The notes beneath the pieces were generated by a model. The model did not search any database. It was not told the DNA's origin and was given only the letters and a program-made list of their open reading frames with translations. Source: Polynucleobacter sp. (GTDB taxonomy: Bacteria; Pseudomonadota; Gammaproteobacteria; Burkholderiales; Burkholderiaceae). Taken from it: DNA of 64,000 bases. Shown one piece after another: positions 55,573 through 64,000 of this stretch. Position 1 is the stretch's first letter, and each line of letters begins with the position of its first letter. The stretch spans positions 458 to 64,457 of the forward strand of contig JBBAQJ010000004.1 in the NCBI GenBank assembly GCA_040400365.1. The letters are read 5' to 3'. A program made the position numbers and the translations under genes.

Positions 55573-57630
55573 ATGAGTGATGTGACTGTAGGTCTGTATT
55601 TTGCCTTAGCGTGTGGCGTGATTGCCGTGGTCTACGGCTTTGTGATGCGCACCTGGATTCTCAAACAAGACACCGGCAACGCCAAGATGGTCGAAATTGC
55701 GGAAGCGATTCAGCAAGGCGCAGCTGCGTATCTGGCGCGCCAATATAAAACGATTGCGATCGTAGGTGTGGTGTTGACGATCCTGATGGCGGTCTTTCTC
55801 GATTTGGCAACCGCGATTGGTTTTGTGATCGGTGCTGTGTTATCGGGAGCCTGCGGCTTCATCGGTATGAACGTCTCGGTGCGCGCGAATGTGCGTACTG
55901 CGCAAGCAGCCACTCAAGGCATGAACCAAGCTTTGAATGTTGCATTCAAAGGCGGCGCCATTACCGGCATGCTCGTAGTCGGTTTGGGTCTTCTTGGGGT
56001 CGGAGTGTTCTTTATGCTGCTAGTCTCAATGGGTGGTGGTCAGGACCTCTCGGATGTGTTACATCCCTTAATTGGTTTGGCATTTGGCTCTTCCTTAATT
56101 TCGATCTTTGCACGTCTAGGTGGCGGCATCTTTACTAAGGGCGCAGACGTCGGTGCTGACTTGGTGGGTAAAGTCGAAGCAGGTATTCCAGAAGATGATC
56201 CGCGCAATCCTGCGGTGATTGCCGATAACGTAGGTGATAACGTAGGTGATTGCGCAGGAATGGCCGCAGACTTATTTGAGACCTATGCGGTGACCTTAAT
56301 TGCAACCATGGTCTTAGGCGCACTAATGGTGATGAATGCACCGGTGGCAGCGGTGGTATACCCATTAGTCCTTGGCGGCATTTCAATCATTGCCTCGATT
56401 ATTGGCTGCTCATTTGTGAAAGCAAGCCCTGGTATGAAAAATGTCATGCCTGCTTTATATAAAGGCTTAATCATCTCAGGCGTGATCTCATTAGTGGGTT
56501 TCTACTTTGTCACGAAGTGGATTATTCCCGACGATGCCTTAGGAATTCCAGGTAGTCAGTGGCGCTTGTTTGGCTCATCGATTGTCGGTCTGTTACTCAC
56601 TGCAGGTTTAGTGTGGATCACTGAGTACTACACCGGTACCGATTACAAACCAGTTAAACATATTGCAGAGGCCTCCACCAAAGGTCATGGTACGAACATC
56701 ATTGCAGGCTTAGGCGTATCGATGCGCTCCACAGCTTACCCAGTCATTTTTGTTTGCATTGCGATCTTTGCCGCGTATTACTTAGCAGGTCTTTACGGTA
56801 TCGCAGTAGCCGCAACCGCCATGCTCTCACTTGCAGGGATTGTGGTGGCGCTCGATGCCTATGGCCCAATTACCGATAACGCTGGTGGTATTGCTGAGAT
56901 GGCAGGTTTGCCGGACTCGGTGCGTGACATCACCGACCCATTGGATGCGGTGGGTAATACCACTAAGGCAGTCACCAAAGGTTACGCAATTGGCTCAGCG
57001 GGTCTCGCATCCTTGGTATTGTTTGCGGACTACACCCATGCTTTAGAAGCAATCGGTCAGCAAGTGACCTTTGATCTCTCCAACCATATGGTGATCATTG
57101 GTCTCTTTATTGGCGGCTTGATACCTTACCTCTTTGGAGCAATGGCCATGGAGGCAGTAGGCCGTTGCGCTGGCGCTGTGGTGGAGGAGGTGCGTCGACA
57201 GTTCAGAGATATCCCCGGCATCATGGAAGGAACTTCAAAGCCAGAATACGGCAAGGCGGTCGACATGCTCACCTCGGCAGCAATTAAGGAAATGATTATT
57301 CCCTCGTTGTTGCCAGTAGTGGTTCCGATTTTGGTGGGTCTCTTTTTAGGACCTGCTGCGCTGGGTGGCCTTTTGATGGGCACGATTATTACGGGACTCT
57401 TTGTGGCAATCTCGATGTGTACCGGAGGTGGTGCTTGGGATAATGCCAAGAAATACATTGAAGAGGGTAACTATGGCGGCAAAGGCTCGGAAGCCCACAA
57501 GGCTGCTGTGACCGGTGATACCGTAGGCGACCCCTATAAAGACACCGCGGGCCCTGCTGTGAACCCACTCATTAAGATCATTAATATCGTGGCACTTCTG
57601 ATCGTGCCGCTCTTACCTGTGGTTCGGTAA
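55573..57630 (+). CDS. hppA: Membrane H+-translocating pyrophosphatase, K+-independent type
   Basis: [26 protein letters not shown] (Lys variant), [10 protein letters not shown]. Confidence 0.93.
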   Translation: MSDVTVGLYFALACGVIAVVYGFVMRTWILKQDTGNAKMVEIAEAIQQGAAAYLARQYKTIAIVGVVLTILMAVFLDLATAIGFVIGAVLSGACGFIGMNVSVRANVRTAQAATQGMNQALNVAFKGGAITGMLVVGLGLLGVGVFFMLLVSMGGGQDLSDVLHPLIGLAFGSSLISIFARLGGGIFTKGADVGADLVGKVEAGIPEDDPRNPAVIADNVGDNVGDCAGMAADLFETYAVTLIATMVLGALMVMNAPVAAVVYPLVLGGISIIASIIGCSFVKASPGMKNVMPALYKGLIISGVISLVGFYFVTKWIIPDDALGIPGSQWRLFGSSIVGLLLTAGLVWITEYYTGTDYKPVKHIAEASTKGHGTNIIAGLGVSMRSTAYPVIFVCIAIFAAYYLAGLYGIAVAATAMLSLAGIVVALDAYGPITDNAGGIAEMAGLPDSVRDITDPLDAVGNTTKAVTKGYAIGSAGLASLVLFADYTHALEAIGQQVTFDLSNHMVIIGLFIGGLIPYLFGAMAMEAVGRCAGAVVEEVRRQFRDIPGIMEGTSKPEYGKAVDMLTSAAIKEMIIPSLLPVVVPILVGLFLGPAALGGLLMGTIITGLFVAISMCTGGGAWDNAKKYIEEGNYGGKGSEAHKAAVTGDTVGDPYKDTAGPAVNPLIKIINIVALLIVPLLPVVR

Positions 57631-57655
57631 GTAGTAAGTAGAAAAGGATCAAATA

Positions 57656-57683
57656 AAAACGCCCAGCAATGCTGGGCGTTTTG
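57656..57683. terminator. Bidirectional terminator between hppA and trxB
   Basis: AAAACGCCCAGC-AAT-GCTGGGCGTTTT. Confidence 0.85.
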
Positions 57684-57712
57684 CTTAGTGAGTAGACCTA
57701 AGTCAACAATAA

Positions 57713-61023
<3,311 letters not shown>

Positions 61024-61038
61024 GCCAAACTCTAAAGA

Positions 61039-61710
61039 ATGAAGCGCTTTATTTTCTATTTCGCCGTCGCAACATCAGTTATTCCAAATGCGATTCATGC
61101 GCAACCCGCAGCGCCCTCGGGGATTGAGCAACTCAAGCAGTTTGTGAAGACCGTTCGCTCCGCCCAAGGCGAGTTTGTGCAGCAACAAATGCGTACCCCC
61201 AAGCCTAATGAGCCACAAGATAAACCAAAAATGATTCGGCAAACGTCTGGCCAGTTTATCTTTCAGCGCCCGGGGCGCTTTGTCTGGGATACCCAAAAGC
61301 CGTATGAACAAAAACTCATCATGGATGGCAAACAACTCCTGATGTGGGATAAGGATCTCAATCAATTAACGATTCGGTCAGCCAATCAGGCCTTAGCTGC
61401 ATCACCGGCTGCCATTCTCTTTGGTGATGTCGCTCTTGATCAGCAGTTTGATCTAGAGGAGGCGGGCACTAAGACCAATTTACAGTGGGTGAACTTAAAG
61501 CCAAAGGCAAAACCCGGGCAGAGCGATCTGCCCTATACCCAAATTGCGATTGGCATGGGCTCTGGATTACCCAAAGCCTTGGAGCTGACCGATGGATTTG
61601 GCAGCATGGTGTTGGTTATTTTTAATCAGATGCAAATCAATCCCAGTGTGGATGCTAGCCGCTTTCAATTTAAGCCCCCGCAGGGCGCCGAGGTCTTGCG
61701 ACTAAACTAA
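61039..61710 (+). CDS. lolA: Outer-membrane lipoprotein chaperone LolA
   Basis: Signal peptide, G.F.Q, QRPGRF.W, DG, ASPAAIL, F.FKPP.GA; after ftsK. Confidence 0.92.
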   Translation: MKRFIFYFAVATSVIPNAIHAQPAAPSGIEQLKQFVKTVRSAQGEFVQQQMRTPKPNEPQDKPKMIRQTSGQFIFQRPGRFVWDTQKPYEQKLIMDGKQLLMWDKDLNQLTIRSANQALAASPAAILFGDVALDQQFDLEEAGTKTNLQWVNLKPKAKPGQSDLPYTQIAIGMGSGLPKALELTDGFGSMVLVIFNQMQINPSVDASRFQFKPPQGAEVLRLN

Positions 61711-61718
61711 TGGCTTGA

Positions 61719-63469
<1,751 letters not shown>

Positions 63470-63474
63470 TTGAA

Positions 63475-63720
63475 TTAGTATCGAGCGGATTCACGTAATT
63501 GCTTAATGACCGATTTGCTCATTGGCATCGACTCGCGAAATTCATGGAGCTCGCGGATGATTGATTTACGATCAACCTGTTTAGTGCGTAGCACAATCGT
63601 TCCATCAGGAGCAAGACTAGCATTCAAGAAATCTCCTTCAGCAAGATTTGCCTCTTTCAATAGATGCTGAGGAATGCGCAAGGCAAGACTGTTACCCCAC
63701 TTCGCTAATTGAATATTCAT
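63475..63720 (-). CDS. AbrB/MazE/SpoVT-type antitoxin
   Basis: KWGNSLALRIP...L.EGD; directly upstream of the PIN toxin. Confidence 0.92.
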   Translation of the reverse strand: MNIQLAKWGNSLALRIPQHLLKEANLAEGDFLNASLAPDGTIVLRTKQVDRKSIIRELHEFRESMPMSKSVIKQLRESARY

Positions 63721-63740
63721 ATAAGGCTCCTAAAACTTGA

Positions 63741-63772
63741 ATAATGTATATCTATAAATGTAGATACATTAT
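63741..63772. promoter_or_regulatory. Putative TA autorepression operator
   Basis: Inverted repeat ATAATGTAT...ATACATTAT with inner ATCTA/TAGAT, about 20 bp upstream of the antitoxin start. Confidence 0.7.
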
Positions 63773-63844
63773 ACGAGATATGAACATTCTGAATCAAGGC
63801 CATACCAGCCTATCTAGAGGCCTAGGTATAATTGACATTGAGTC

Positions 63845-63934
<90 letters not shown>

Positions 63935-64000
63935 CTACTTAAAAACTCCGCATGCTACTTTTCACCACCTTCATCCTAAACAGCCTAATTGCGCTCTTTG

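Noticed and set aside
56225-56250. Tandem GATAACGTAGGT repeat in hppA
   Set aside because: Simply encodes the conserved DNVGDNVGD motif

Overview
Core-chromosome segment of a small-genome betaproteobacterium. Gene content, gene order and protein sequences look Burkholderiaceae-like, most likely Polynucleobacter; this is an inference, as there is no rRNA in the window. It holds about 55 densely packed CDS (cysB, lptFG, pepA, holC, lgt, malonate genes, zapAB, btuM/btuB, oxalate catabolism, panC, scpA, metG, fdhD, dcd, argH, hemCD, ubiC, pepN, tctCBA, ilvD, glnB-nadE-ppa/hppA, trxB-ftsK-lolA-serS, a vapBC-type TA pair), two tRNAs (Thr-CGT, Ser-CGA), a 6S RNA and a cobalamin riboswitch. No CRISPR array, prophage, integrase or IS was seen. 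The most interesting signal is an apparent dispersed oxalate regulon. A Cys-free Crp/Fnr regulator sits next to oxc-frc-frc, and FNR-type boxes (TTGAY-N4-RTCAA) lie at the same class-II distance from a -10-like hexamer upstream of oxc, fdhD and a distant tctCBA transporter. An ALDH1L1-hydrolase-like formyltransferase coupled to frc2 could pass formyl-CoA directly to tetrahydrofolate. Also notable are a BtuM lacking its cobalt-ligating Cys, a 6S RNA overlapping zapA, a CruR-like arrest leader on a copper chaperone, a collapsed PAS pseudogene and several structured leaders. All functional calls come from motif recognition by eye; no searches were run.
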